A DNA stretch of 64,000 nucleotides. Origin: Octopus vulgaris. Lineage: Eukaryota. The DNA lies in contig OX597816.1 in the NCBI GenBank assembly GCA_951406725.2, positions 56,358,001 through 56,422,000 on the forward strand, given 5' to 3'. Position numbers and translations under genes: made by a program. The notes below the pieces were generated by a model. The model saw only the letters and a program-made list of their open reading frames with translations. It had not been told where the DNA came from and ran no database searches. This document shows, one piece after another, positions 27,915-40,975 of this stretch (positions are counted from its first letter, which is position 1; every line of letters starts with the position of its first letter).

Positions 27915-27949
<35 letters not shown>

Positions 27950-27996
27950 ATGAAATAATAAAGCGTCGAGAGAAATGGTATTTGTTTTAAAAATGG

Positions 27997-28261
27997 AGGA
28001 AATTTCGAACTTACCAGAATAGCTGTGAAAAGCAGCTTTAGAAAATCGGGTGAAAATAAATCTATAGACGGAAAAAAGTAGCACCTTGCCACAGAGAATC
28101 AAATTCTGTGCCCGTCTATGAGGGCTCACCTGGGATTTGGGGAGCGAAGAATTCGATTGATTGTATCGGCTTGCTGGTCGCCTTCCCCCGTTTATAGTTG
28201 TATGTTTATCCGATTTTCTAAAGCTGTTTTCACAGTTATCATCCAACATTCGAAATTTCCT
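27997..28261. mobile_element. Fold-back/MITE-like element
   Basis: aggaaatttcgaa...ctgtgaaaagcagctttagaaaatcgg pairs with ccgattttctaaagctgttttcacag...ttcgaaatttcct. Confidence 0.65.
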
Positions 28262-28329
28262 TTATTTCTAACATACACACATACATAGATACATACATAA
28301 ATACATAAATACATATATACTCTTTATAT

Positions 28330-28912
28330 TCATTAAAACATTAGCCCACAATGCGTTTGTAGTGCTAGTACTCATACCAACGTTTGGCCTGCTTGATTGG
28401 ACGCTTGATGAGATCCGAGTCATTGATGTGAAAACCCGGAAGATACTAACAAACACACATAATTTCCTGATCACCAGTGATGTAGACCGCTTCTACCTTA
28501 AACGAAAACAACGCGGCAGAGGCTTAACATTGATTCAAACTGCCTTTGAATGTCGTATTATATCCCATCGGCAACATCTTTTAACCACCAACTATCAAAT
28601 TACATCCCTTGACCAAGTTTTCATACATGAGGCTGATAACATCATAAGACTTGAGCAGAAATCCTTGTCAGATAATCTTAAATACACATGCCCAAAGAAT
28701 TTGTACGACTCTACCGCTAAATATCAAAGGAAAGGATGAGCGTACATGAGCAGGAAACTAGGCATGGATATGTTAGTAGAAAGCTCCGTGTAGAGAGTAA
28801 CATTCATCACCAAAGCAGTTTATCGTGGACCAAGAACCGGATTACAACCTCCCACTTTGAAGGGTATACGTTTGCAATCCAGGGACAGGAAATATCAACA
28901 AAATACCTGATG
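28330..28912 (+). pseudogene. R4/Dong-clade LINE internal fragment (post-RT region)
   Basis: IPTFGLLDWTLDEIRVIDVKTRKILT...SDVDRFYLKRKQRGRGL...EGYTFAIQGQEISTKY. Confidence 0.8.
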
Positions 28913-29164
28913 CAGAGCGCATCTTGAAAGAGTTAAGGAAAAAAACTGCCCCTCCTGTAGTTCTACTAACAACTGAAGAGTCCCGCTCACTCCCTTACTG
29001 GCAACAATATAGGAGAGGGGAGGAGAAACGTGAAGGTGTAAAAGTACGTAATTACAGCAGAAGCAACATAGACAGCAGCAGTGGTAGCAGACAGCATATA
29101 GGCTGTCCTCTTTTAGTGGTTAATCCTCTAAATTTTGTGTATATATATATATATATATATATAT

Positions 29165-29728
29165 CCCTAATTTTGAGAAATAATTGAGATTCAGTTGAAT
29201 TAGGTACTTAAGCTGAAGCACCAAGTCAGTCCGGTATTATCCTCACGCCTCGAAGATGAACGCAATCAAAACAAGCAACAGGATAACACGTAGTGATGCA
29301 GTACGACCGTTTCAAGCGGCTTCATTTAATTGAACAATGCAATCATTACATTAATTTAATGCAATGTCATCTTCAGCTGCACAAATAAATAAATAAATGG
29401 AATTTTAACAAGTAAGACACATAGATATAATTTTTTTTAGATATTTTAACAGATTTTCAAATTCATGTATTTTAAATTCATATTGTCGCTAGTGTAGCTA
29501 AGAATAGACTAACTTCTAAGAACATAGCGGAGCATTGTGGGATCAGAGGGTTGTAAGGGTTGTAATTCATTTCTAATTCAGTTATCTCTTTATCAACTAC
29601 TAAATGTAAGACTAGAAGACTGTGTCCACTTTGAATAAAGGACAAGAATGAGTTGACAGCTCATGGCTTGGTATGGTCATACATATTGTCATATGTATCA
29701 CTTTTCCCTAAGGAAGAAATAAGACATT

Positions 29729-29731
<3 letters not shown>
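29165..29731 (-). mobile_element. Penelope-like fragment with HHR, nested in (TA)n
   Basis: Homologous to 650-855 and 3671-3875; ends inverted (atatccctaat / attagggatat). Confidence 0.65.
29297..29381 (-). ncRNA. Type I hammerhead motif, conserved core, long stem II
   Basis: tgcag-CTGAAGA-t...t-GAAA-cggtcg-TA-ctgca; 5-bp stem I; the base of stem II has drifted. Confidence 0.65.
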
Positions 29732-29782
<51 letters not shown>

Positions 29783-29787
<5 letters not shown>

Positions 29788-30333
29788 AAATTTAGAGGAT
29801 TAACCACTAAAAGAGGACAGCCTATATGCTAAATATAGACACCAAAATCGCTATTTTCCACGAAGAATGTGTTCTCAAGAAAAAATTCAGCAAAACACCA
29901 AAGTGTAAAAGTAAGTAAGACAAATGAAAATATACGAAATAAAAAACGATTACCTATGTACTAATTAGTTTCACTTGTTAATAATTTACGTATATGAATA
30001 CATAAACATCTGCAAGATCATCAGCATAGTCTGTCGTTTACGAAACATAATTTCCAGAACTAGATACAGAGCGCTCGACCGAAATCCAGCATTGTATAAA
30101 GTGCCACAAATTATATTTATGTGTATCTTTCAAATGCCTTCACTTTGGCGCGCTGAGATCGGAAATTGCTCTGCAGTTAATAAACTACAGCATTCAATGT
30201 ACCGGCAAGATAACATATTTTTATTTAAAATTAAATAAGGGTAGAAATTGATATTAATCAATTAAAACCAGTGGCCTGGCATATTTAAAAAATCCGAAGA
30301 TAAAAAAATTTTTTACATACAAAATTTAGAGGA
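29783..30333 (-). mobile_element. ~534-bp unit-length HHR element with terminal direct repeat (retrozyme/pLTR-like)
   Basis: atacaaaatttagagga at 29783-29799 and 30317-30333; contains an intact HHR; 46-bp inverted copy of its end at 29093-29138. Confidence 0.75.
29954..30029 (-). ncRNA. Type I hammerhead ribozyme, intact core
   Basis: ctatg-CTGATGA-t-cttg...caag-t-GAAA-ctaattag-TA-catag; perfect 5-bp stem I, palindromic stem III ACTAATTAGT, GUA triplet. Confidence 0.85.
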
Positions 30334-30355
30334 ATTAATTTTATATATATATATG

Positions 30356-30463
30356 CCCTGCTCGCTTAGCCAGTGGGGTGGCGTCATTTAAAGGCTAAAA
30401 CAATTCGAAGTACATTGTGACCGGCGATGTGTACCAGCATCTGATAGCCTGATCGGTCACGAT
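30356..30463 (+). mobile_element. SINE family C 3' end
   Basis: cctgctcgcttagccagtggggtggcgtcatt...ggtcacg matches 47160-47265. Confidence 0.85.
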
Positions 30464-30464
30464 G

Positions 30465-30500
<36 letters not shown>

Positions 30501-30913
30501 GTGTGTAGTAACATACACACATTGAAATTTTTCTGTTTCCTTGAAATATTCCTGTTTTCCGATTTTACTGTGTTTTAAATGTCATATACTTTAACGATAT
30601 TTCTCATCACACGTCCATTATATTACAATTATTTTTTTTTAATAATATTTATATATTTTAGCATTAGTACAGTTTTTCTAATTTTAAAATTATGTTATTT
30701 TTGTAACCGATTTAAACGACTTTTCTAAAATAATTTGTATATAATTTTTAATGAAATTTTAAACACTTGTGAAATATTTTTTTCTATTTTTGTATTTCAA
30801 TTATGTGTTTTTTCAAATTTTATATTCAATCACTCAAGTAGTTTCATATATAATATTGTAATGCGTTATATTATACTATATATACACACGAACACACAGA
30901 CACGCACACATAT

Positions 30914-30956
<43 letters not shown>

Positions 30957-30994
30957 CGCACACACGTATATGCGTATGTATTTATAATTATATA

Positions 30995-31073
<79 letters not shown>

Positions 31074-31192
31074 CGGTTTATTCGTGATTTACACGTACAT
31101 CTATCTATAATTTATGTGCATCTCTCTTTCAATCACCAGTTCAAATGCGAGTATGAGTGTATATGGATATATTTATACATACATGCACTCAC

Positions 31193-31251
<59 letters not shown>

Positions 31252-31261
31252 CATACATACA

Positions 31262-31297
<36 letters not shown>

Positions 31298-31350
31298 TAT
31301 ACATACATACAAACATACATACATATATATCTATATATAATATATTATTA

Positions 31351-31392
<42 letters not shown>

Positions 31393-31406
31393 CATCATCA
31401 TCATTT

Positions 31407-31955
31407 AAGCCGGCGAGCTGGCAGGCACGTTAGCACGCCAGGCGAAATGCGTAGCCGTATTTCATCTGTCGTTACGTTCTGAGTTCAAATTCCGCCGAGG
31501 TCGACATTGCCTTTTATCCTTTCGGTGTCGATAAATTAAGTACCAGTTACGCACTGAAGTCGATATAATCGACTTAAACCGTTTGTCTGTCCTTGTTTGT
31601 CCCTTCTGTGTTTAGCCCCTTGTGGGTAGTAAAGAAATAAGTATTTCGTCTACCGTTACAGTCTGAGTTCAAATTCCTCCGAGGTCGATTTTACTTTCCA
31701 TCCTTTCGGACTCGATTAATTAAGTACCAGTTGTTTACTGGTGTCGATCTAATCGACTAGACCCCTCCCCCAAAATTTCAGGCTTTGTGCCTTGAGTAGA
31801 AAGGATTATTATTATCATTAAAGCGGCGAGCTGGCAGAGACGTTAGCACGCCGGGCGCGACAGTTAACAGCATTTCGTCCGTCTTTACGATCTGTGTTCA
31901 AATTTCGCCGAGGTCGACATTGCCTTTCATCCTTTGAGGACCTATAAAATAAGTA
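31407..31955 (+). mobile_element. SINE family B (internal dimer) plus a truncated second copy, downstream of (ATT)n
   Basis: Head ggcgagctggcag...gttagcacgcc at 31412 and 31825; repeated ttctgagttcaaattccgccgaggtcgac units. Confidence 0.9.
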
Positions 31956-31959
31956 TCCG

Positions 31960-32830
31960 TCTTCATTTGCCATGCGATGTCCTTGATCGTCGTCGACACC
32001 GACGGACGAACTAATAGCTAATGTCTCTGAGGGAGTATCTGGCTTTTTATTCTTAACATGTCTTGGCACATTCATACGCATACCATGCTGAGCGATGTAG
32101 TGTACGTCAAAGGAATAAGTTGTTCTCTTTGCCATGACAGTGTCTTCAACACACTCGTCTCACTGGCGCACGATATTCTGGGACACCGGTGTTTCGACAT
32201 ATTGCATCTTCTCTTTTCTTTTTCCCACTCCACATCTTTCCAGTCTCCAGTAACAGCAATCGTAGGCAATATTCTCCCATCTCGCGATGTTTGCGTCCTA
32301 TGAATTCTCGTGTGTACTGCAGGGATCTTTCAAACAAAAATGGGGACGGTCATGCTCTATTTAGCCGGAGATCATCTCCTCATATTGTATATTCTTCTGA
32401 ATCTCTTGCCTGACATGCGCTGTTCATGATTTAGCCTGAGGAATTTGCAACCGTGTTTCGTGGTCTGCTACCACAACAGCTCCTTTATAGGATCCAGTTA
32501 GCTCAAGACATCATCAGGAGGAACCACGTCCGGTTTCGGCCCCTACTCCTCTACCGTTTTGACGTGGTGCCCCCCCCCCCCTTTCGGAGGTGTCTTCAGC
32601 TCTGGTGTTGGGTGCATGTCTTCTTCTTTCTTCTGTTCCCTGGTCTCTTCGATGTATCGTCAGCGAGTGTCAGCTGGTGACTGACTGTCTTGTCAAACTT
32701 TTCCCTTTAAATACCTGTCGCATAGACTCCAGCAGGCAGCCCCAGCAAGTTGTCACGTGACAAGCAATCTCTTCAGTCCGGATGCCCACAAAATTTCATG
32801 GTTTCTGGCTTGTACATGGCTGCTTGATGT
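31960..32830 (-). pseudogene. Old RTE-clade LINE C-terminal remnant
   Basis: Minus translation HEQRMSGKRFRRIQYEEMISG*IEHDRPHFCLKD...WENIAYDCCYWR resembles the RTE motif HV.RM...R.P...LYGEL..G.R..GRP..R.KD...WE..A.DR..WR. Confidence 0.6.
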
Positions 32831-34024
32831 AAATATAATCGGATGATAGAATCGGTCAGGGATAGTTATAATGAGTGGGAGATCGTCTTACCATGAGCAG
32901 CAGGGTGTTATATATCCTGCAACTGGGAAATTGTGACTATATTATAAAGTTTTACAAGATTCTCTTCTAATTTACTTTGTCTATCATTCTATAAAAGATT
33001 AGCCGTGTTTTTCTCTCTCCTCACTGATTCTGTCTCTACCCCCCCTCTCTCTCTCTTCCTTCTTTCTCTGTCCCTCAATTCCTAACCCTCACCACATCCT
33101 ATCCCTTTTCCATCTCACTATAATCCATTTCTATTTCTTACCCTTTACTTAATCATTCAACTGCGACTTATTTTGCTTTTGTATTTCTCCCACTGAGTCA
33201 CGTTCCTCTTATTGTTATTCTCAACAACAAATCAACACTGCTTCTAATAAATGACCTCTGTCTATTCTACGATATAATGTCACTCTAAAAGAGCTTCACC
33301 AAGCCACGGTTTAGTCATATCACCATTTCAAACCTGTCCATGTTTACACAATAGACGCAGATATTATATTATTCTAGCTCTATTTATACTCTCGATATTA
33401 TTTACTTAATTTTAATCGATTTTTCAAATATTTTTCTCTATTATTTTATCATCGCCGATTCCTCCAAAGCGGCAAAGCTCAAATTTATGTTAGCTTCCAC
33501 CCTTAGAGAAATATCATTCTAAAACAGTTTGAAATAACGAAGAGTGGAGAAAAAAGGTATATCTATGAAGTTGGGAAGAACATGATTGTCATATTTTATT
33601 TCAATTTTAATTGAAAATGTCAAGGAAAGATAGCTAACGGCGATAATCAAATCTCTAATCTTTAGAAATAAAACTGAAGATATCACGTTGGAATATCAAA
33701 TTATGATGACTACTAAGACACTTACAACACAGAATATTTCCAGGTCTTGAAATATATACACAGGTATTTCGGATAAAACAGAACAAAAATTTAATCCTAC
33801 GTAGAAGCAAATCATAACGTGGATGTATCACCATCCCTACTTAAGTTTCGTGAATGCTAGAAACAGCAGCCAGCCTCCCTAAAACCGCCCAGTACCAACT
33901 TGAATAAGGAGAAAATGTGTTGATAATGCAGTCCTAAGCTTATCAAAAAAAAATTAGAAGAACAGTGTGGTCACGGCTGGGTTGTCTTTGATCGTTGACC
34001 TGCACCATAAGAGTTGATTTACGG

Positions 34025-34069
34025 TGAGTATATATAGAGTGCAACCAAGTTGCACTCTATATATACTCA
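34025..34069. repeat. Perfect 21-bp-arm hairpin
   Basis: tgagtatatatagagtgcaac-caa-gttgcactctatatatactca. Confidence 0.95.
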
Positions 34070-34129
34070 GAGTATAGAAATCAAATCAACTAATGCTAGT
34101 CTGGAATTTATCAGTTATAATTGATGTAG

Positions 34130-34545
34130 CGCGTAGCTTAGTGGTTAAGGCGTTCGGCTCATGATTGTAAGGTCGTGAGTTCAATTCCCGGCGATGCGTT
34201 GTATCCTTGAGCAAGACAATTTATTTCCCGTTGCACCAGTCCACGGCCCTCGTCGCCGTAACCGACGAAGTGCTCCTATTAATAAACTGGTAATTTATTG
34301 CAATTAATATATTAGAGATTCTGTCAAAGCTGGCAGAGTCGTTAGCAGACACTCGGAAAATGCTTAGTGACATTTCAGCCATGTTAACGTTTTGAGTTCA
34401 ATTTCCGCTGGGACCGACTTTGCTTTTCATTCTTTCGGGGTCATTAAAATAAAATAAGTACGAGTCGAAACACTGGGGGGGTTGATGTAATCGACTTCCC
34501 CTTTCCCCCGAGATTACTGGTTTTGTACCGACATTAAGAACCAAT
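34130..34545 (+). mobile_element. tRNA-derived SINE D head (34130-34275) and diverged SINE B (34326-34545)
   Basis: gtagcttagtggttaaggcg...gagttcaattcccgg (A and B boxes); agctggcagagtcgttagc...gagttcaatttccgc. Confidence 0.75.
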
Positions 34546-34845
34546 ATACTTGCAGACTCTGTTACCATCTTTTAACAATACATTTTATACTCCAGCACCA
34601 AGTTAGTATCACCACAAGAGACCGTGGCCGCCATATGCAGATGACTTCAGTGTAACTAAAAATACATTGACACAGAACGTTATATCAATGTTAATTAAAT
34701 GGATTAATTAGTTTATTGTTGAAGGAGTCAGTCACTTGTGATACAACTCGTCGCCCACATTACACTGATGGGTGTAGAAGAAGCTGTGCAGGTATTTCTT
34801 AATACATATAAAAACGAAGATATACACACGCACACACACACAAAA

Positions 34846-34974
<129 letters not shown>

Positions 34975-34978
34975 TATA

Positions 34979-35053
<75 letters not shown>

Positions 35054-35059
35054 ACATAG

Positions 35060-35091
<32 letters not shown>

Positions 35092-35252
35092 AAGATTGTG
35101 TTTATGGATGCATAAACGCTCTCGAATTCAGACGGCTTAATGTACCTTTGAGCAGGTGCCAAAATTCCAAAGCTTAATCTTTCTTGAAATACTAGATGAT
35201 ACCTCAGACATAACTTCACAAATATACAGGTACCGCTCAGAAAAAGTTCTTC

Positions 35253-35320
<68 letters not shown>

Positions 35321-35322
<2 letters not shown>

Positions 35323-35873
35323 ATTGGAAGCTATGCCAACATTATGGAATAACAACAGAAAAAAGATGGTATAGGCACACACCAGAAAAGGTCACAGAAA
35401 ACGAGAAAGCAACCATACTCTGGGATATGCCGATACACACAGATAGAGAAATTAAGGCCAACAGACCAGATATAGTTGTCAGAGATCATGAAGAAAAAAA
35501 TGCTTTCTAATTGATGTATCAATACCGGCAGATGACAACGTTTCTCTAAAAGAAATGGAGAAACTCTCAAAATACAAAGACCTGGAAATAGAGGTAACTA
35601 GAATGTGGAACCTGAAAACAGAAACAATTCCTATCATAGTAGGTGCATTAGGCATGATAAAAAAATATTCAGACAAATACATAACAAAAACACCAGGACT
35701 TACAAACACATATAACATACAGAAAATTGCACTACTAGGCACTGCACACATCCTACGCAGAACACTTTCCATACAATAACCATCAGAGCATCACAACAAA
35801 TCACAGCACATACCCAAGGCACACAGAGCTGCGCTCGGTAGTGAAGTGAAAGCACGCTATAAAAATAAAACTA

Positions 35874-35876
<3 letters not shown>
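35321..35876 (+). mobile_element. R4/Dong LINE 3' end (restriction-like endonuclease), 5'-truncated, in (AAT)n
   Basis: HWKLCQHY...ILWDMPIHTDREIKANRPDIVV...(frameshift)...LIDVSIP...KLSKYKDL...PIIVGALG...IQKIALLGTAHILRRTL*; PD-D-K RLE motif. Confidence 0.92.
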
Positions 35877-35947
<71 letters not shown>

Positions 35948-35968
35948 TAATAATGATAATAAGTATAA

Positions 35969-36387
35969 TAAGGCTAACAGACCAGATATAGTTGTCAGAG
36001 ATCATGAAGAAAAAAAAGCTTTCTAATTGATGTATCAATACCAGCAGATAACAACGTGTCTCTAAAAGAAATGGAGAAGCTTTCAAAAAGACCTGGAAAT
36101 AGAGGTAAGTAGATTGTGGAATCTAAAAACAGAAACAATTCCTATTACAGTAGGTGCATTAGGCATGATAAAAAAATATTCAGACAAATACATAACAAAA
36201 ACACCAGGACTTACAAATACATATAACATACAGAAAATTGCACTGCTGGGCACTGCCCACATCCTACGCAAAACACTTTCAATACAGTAACCATCAGAGC
36301 ATCACAACAAAACATAGCACGTACCCAAGGCACACAGAGCTGCGCTCGGTAGTGAAGTTAAAGCACGCTATAAAAATAGAACTACTC
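35969..36387 (+). mobile_element. Second tandem R4/Dong 3' end in (AAT)n
   Basis: Closely similar to 35453-35876 with the same 3' UTR; bounded by (AAT)n on both sides. Confidence 0.92.
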
Positions 36388-36512
<125 letters not shown>

Positions 36513-37065
36513 TCTTTTCTACTGTAGACACAAGGCCTGCAATTTTGGGGGAAGGGATAGCCGATTTCATCAACTGGTACTTAATTTATCGACCCGGAAA
36601 GGATGAAAGGCAAAGTCGACCTCGGCGCAATTTGAACTCAGAACATAAAGACAAATGAAATACCTATTTCTTTACTGTTCACAAGAGGCTACACACAGAG
36701 GGGACAGACAAACGGATTAAGTCGATTATATCGACCCCATTACGTAACTGGTACTTATTTTATCGACCCCGAAAGGATGAAAGTCAAAGTTGACCTCGGC
36801 GGAATTTGACCTCAGAACGTAGCGGCAGACGAAGTACCTATTTTTTTACTACCCACAAGGAGTAAACACAGAGAGGACAAACAAGGACAGATAAACGGAT
36901 TAAGTCGATTATATCGACCCCAGTGCGTATCTAGTACTTATTTAATCGACCCCGAAAGGATGAAAGGCAAAATTGACCTCAGCGGAATTTGAAATCAGAA
37001 CGTAGCGGCAGACGAAATACCGCTAAGCATTTCGCCCGGCGTGCTAACGATTCTGCTAGCTTGGC
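36513..37065 (-). mobile_element. SINE family B with three internal units
   Basis: Three repeats of tcgacccc(g)gaaaggatgaaa...tttga(a)ctcagaac. Confidence 0.9.
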
Positions 37066-37344
37066 TGGTTGGTTAGCTGGCTGGTTGGACGGTTGACTTC
37101 TGTGACGCTTCACATAGTATAGGTATAGGAAGAGAGAGAGAGAGGGGGGGAGAGAGAAAGAGTTAATAGAAGAGGAGCAGGATGAAAGCGCCTACGAGGC
37201 CTTGGTGGTCTTAGAGAGAAAACCAACCTGTAGCACTGATCAGAAGCCTTGAAATTGTTTCGATAGCAGTCTTCTGTTTCTTACGATCGTTGCTACACAA
37301 TTTGCTCCATTTCCTTTCTTATTATCGCTGATAGATTCTCTTAG

Positions 37345-37620
37345 CACGTGGCTCAATGGTTAGGGCATTCGGTTCACGATCGTAAGTTCTAAGTTTTGAT
37401 TCCCAGCAGCGCGTTGTGTCCTTCAGCAAGACTCTTTATTTCATTTTGCTCCAGTCCTTGCAACTGGCAAAAGTAAGTTGTACCTGTAATTCCAAAGGGC
37501 TAGCCTTGTCACATTCTGTGTCTCGCTGAATCTCCCAGAGAACTATGTTAAGGGCACACGTGTCTGCGGGTTTCTCAGTCGTATGCACGTTAATTTCACG
37601 ATCAGGCTGTTCCGTTGATC
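37345..37620 (+). mobile_element. tRNA-derived SINE (family D-like)
   Basis: gtggctcaatggttagggcattcgg...gattcccagcagcgcgttgtgtccttcagcaagac. Confidence 0.7.
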
Positions 37621-37654
37621 AACTTGCATGCTCGTCGTCTCAACAGGTGGAGTG

Positions 37655-37830
37655 CCAGCTAGATTCTCTACAGGATCCGAGTAAAGTGAGTTACCTGGCC
37701 AAAGAAGAATATCGATATGATGACCATCCAAGCAGATAGTGGTTGTTTTTCGTTTGACATTATGTGCTAGATGTCCAGTCTTATAGGAATTACAATTCCG
37801 CTTTACCATAGTCTAGCCCGTCTGATTAGG
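37655..37830 (-). pseudogene. Tc1/mariner transposase remnant
   Basis: AHNVKRKTTTICLDGHHIDILLWPGNSLYSDPVENL matches the Tc1 motif WP.NSPDLNPIENLW. Confidence 0.7.
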
Positions 37831-37887
37831 GAAACAGAAAGCGCTCCAATATCTCATAATAGTTCGTTGGGTTGGCTCTGTGTGTGT

Positions 37888-37958
<71 letters not shown>

Positions 37959-38669
37959 CGCGTGTGTGTGTGTGTGTGTGTGTGTAAATATATCTTGTGC
38001 TTCACTTCTGGTCACTTCATGATGTACAATCTGCAATTCCCACCATTCCTCAAACATGTCTGCGTGTCCGTCGTGTTCCACATGAGTCTTCAACCATTTC
38101 CTTACATAATAATCGAACCAATGTCCTCCACCCTTACCCTACCTTCACCAATGAATATCTTTAATATTTATTTACCAATCAATATCACCGAATTCCGCCC
38201 AGGTTCCACAGCATTATTGATCGGTTTGTTCTTATTTCTGTCTTTGATATTCTCAATAATCTTCTCCATCACATTCCGAATGCGGCCATTTTCCTTCTTT
38301 GTCTCGTTTGTTAATTTGTCCAACTCCCCCCACCCCCGCCTCCCAAACAACGGATGCCTCAGATTTTAACACCCTCTCCTTTGTTCTTAGATGCTGCCTT
38401 TATCTTTCATCATTGCCTGGACTTTTCATCGTGGCAGCAGTCATTCGAAGAGCTTTTCTTCTTGGAATTTCATTGGGGCGTCTCAAAAGTCTTTCATCCT
38501 TCGATGTAAGAAAAGTAACCAAATACCACCACCGCCACCACCACCACCCCCAAACCTAAGTCCCTTCCACCCGTTCATCATCAATATCAAATATATTTAT
38601 ATATGCGCATGCGCTCGAGTGTGTGTGCGCGTCTCTGTGCGTAGATTTTCTAAAACTGGCATATATACT

Positions 38670-39190
38670 CTATGTATGTACGTAGGTATCTATGTATGAA
38701 TTTATAAATGTATGTACATATGTATGCATGCGTATATTATGTATGTATGTATGTATGTATGTATGTATGTATGTATGTACATATGTATGCATGCGTATAT
38801 GTATGTACGTATGTATGTATCTATGCACGTACATATGCTAGCATGCATATATGTATGTATGTACATATATATGCCTGCGTATATGTACGTATGTATGTAT
38901 GCATGTCTCTATGTATGTACATATGTATGCATATATATATGTATATATGTACATATGTGTGTATGTATGTATGTATGTATGTATGTATGTATGTATCTAT
39001 GCATGTACATATGTTAGCATGCATATATGTATGTATGTACATATGTATGCCTGCGTATATGTACGTATGTATGTATGCATGTCTCTATGTATGTACATAT
39101 GTCTGCATGCATATACGTATGTATATAAATATGTATGTATGCATGTATGTATGTATGTATGTATGTATGTATGTATGTATGTATGTATGT
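38670..39190. repeat. (TATG)n-derived compound minisatellite
   Basis: Internal duplication of about 180 bp (catgcatatatgtatg...gcatgtctctatg). Confidence 0.9.
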
Positions 39191-40198
39191 ATAAAAAAAA
39201 ATCCTGCGATCGCCAAGCCAAAGAAAGTGCGGCTGGTCTGGAATGCAACGAAAACCATTTCCATAGATTTCACTTTCTTGTTTTCTTTCGTATTGTTTTT
39301 CTTTCACTTCCAGCGGTGCCGTTCACCGAGAATTTGCTTCTGACACCATAGAGATTTCTGAGTATCATAACGATGTTTTAATGCGCTTGGAAGAAGACGT
39401 ATAAGCTAACAGACAACACTCTACAAGTTTCCATCTACCATTCCATCAGCCACTTTACGCTTGGACGGATTTTCGTTATTCGTTGCGTGCTTGTGAAGGG
39501 GGTGTTTTTATGTAGAAAAGGAGGGAACAGAAATAACATGATAAATATATCCGTGTGTGTACCGGGGAATCCCATGTGACTTTGAATACACATGGATACT
39601 GATGCATGCATGTGCGTACGCGAGCGTTTGCATGTGTGTATACATGTGTTTGATCACAATGTTGAGATTATGTACGTAGATTGTTATTAATTTCGCGCGT
39701 ATCTACGTATGTGTGTACGTGTGTGTACGCATCTGTGTGTGTGTGTATGTGTGTGTATGTGTGTGTGTGTGTGTCTGTGTCTGTGTGTGTGTGTGTGTGT
39801 GCAAGATTACTCAGCAAATGTAATATGCGTATGAAAGGCAAGTCTTTACGGCCAGGCGTGCGATGCGTGTCTATACAAACGTAATCTATGCACGTACATT
39901 TGTTCGGTTGTATGCATACAAGGGCATGACACACCGGAATGTTTATGCGTATGGCTGTATGCAATTGGAGAGAAAGACGCCCATTAATGTATTCATGAGA
40001 TGAGAGTGACAATCAAGGCATGCAATGTCGTAGATTAGTTATCCTCCTTTTGAACTAAGAAATGCAAGCAAGCTTTCTGTATTCTCAACTCCACTTTCAA
40101 CCAATAACCAAAATGATATCCAGCCTTTATCAATCATATTCATGTCAATATATTACTGGTGACTTTATCAAAATTTTCACATTATTATTCGCTTTTCC

Positions 40199-40975
40199 AA
40201 AGGCAGCGAGCTGGTAGAATCGTTAACTCGCCGGACAAAGTGCTTTACAGGCATTTCGTCCGTCTTTACGTTCTGAGTTCAAATTCTGCCGAGGTAGATC
40301 TTGCCTTTCCCTTTCTGGGGTCGATAAATTAAGTACCAGTTGTGCACTGGGGTCAATGTAATCGTTTGCCCCCCCCCCCCACCACCACGATGGAATTTGA
40401 ACTCGGAACGTAAAGACAGACGAAATACCTATTTCTTTACTACCACAAGGAGTAAAACAGAGAGGAGACAATCAAGGACAGACAAACGGATTAAGTCGAT
40501 TATATTGACCACAGTGCGTAACTGATACTTATTTAATCGACCCCGAAGGGATGAAAGGCAAAGTCGACCTCGGTGGAATTTGAACTCAGAATGTTGCGGC
40601 AGACGAAATACCGCTAAGCATTTCTCTCGGCGTGCTAACGTCTCTTATTTCTTTATTACCCACAAGGAGCTACACACAGAGGGGGAAAACAAGGGCAGAC
40701 AAAGGGATTAAGTCGATTACATCGACCCCAGTGCATAACCGGTACTTAATTTATCGACCCAGAAAGGATGAAAGGCAAAGTCAACATCGGCGGAATTTGA
40801 ACTCAGGACATAAAGACAGACGAAATATCTATTTCTATTTCTTTACTACCCATAAGGGGCTAAACACAGAGAGGACAAACAAGGACAGACAAACGGATTA
40901 AGTTGATTATATCGACCCCAGTGCGTAACTGGTACTTATTTAATCGACCCGAAAGGATGAAAGGCAAAGTCGACC
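40199..40975. mobile_element. Cluster of SINE B copies in opposite orientations
   Basis: + copy at 40199-40380 directly followed by - units at 40390-40975. Confidence 0.88.

Noticed and set aside
34130-34200. tRNA-like sequence (also 43802-43875 and 46965-47040)
   Set aside because: A and B boxes are present but run into SINE bodies with no acceptor stem or terminator, so these are SINE heads, not tRNA genes.
36580-37010. Regularly spaced repeats resembling a CRISPR array
   Set aside because: The intervening sequences are also repeated, the units belong to a SINE, the context is eukaryotic, and there are no cas genes.
37229-37297. Hairpin with CTGATCA and an ACGATCGT palindrome
   Set aside because: The core has G8C and GAAA is absent at the required position; at most a dead relic.
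38020-38520. Non-repetitive segment with a Lys/Asn-rich minus-strand ORF
   Set aside because: Short, interrupted by stops, and no recognisable motif.
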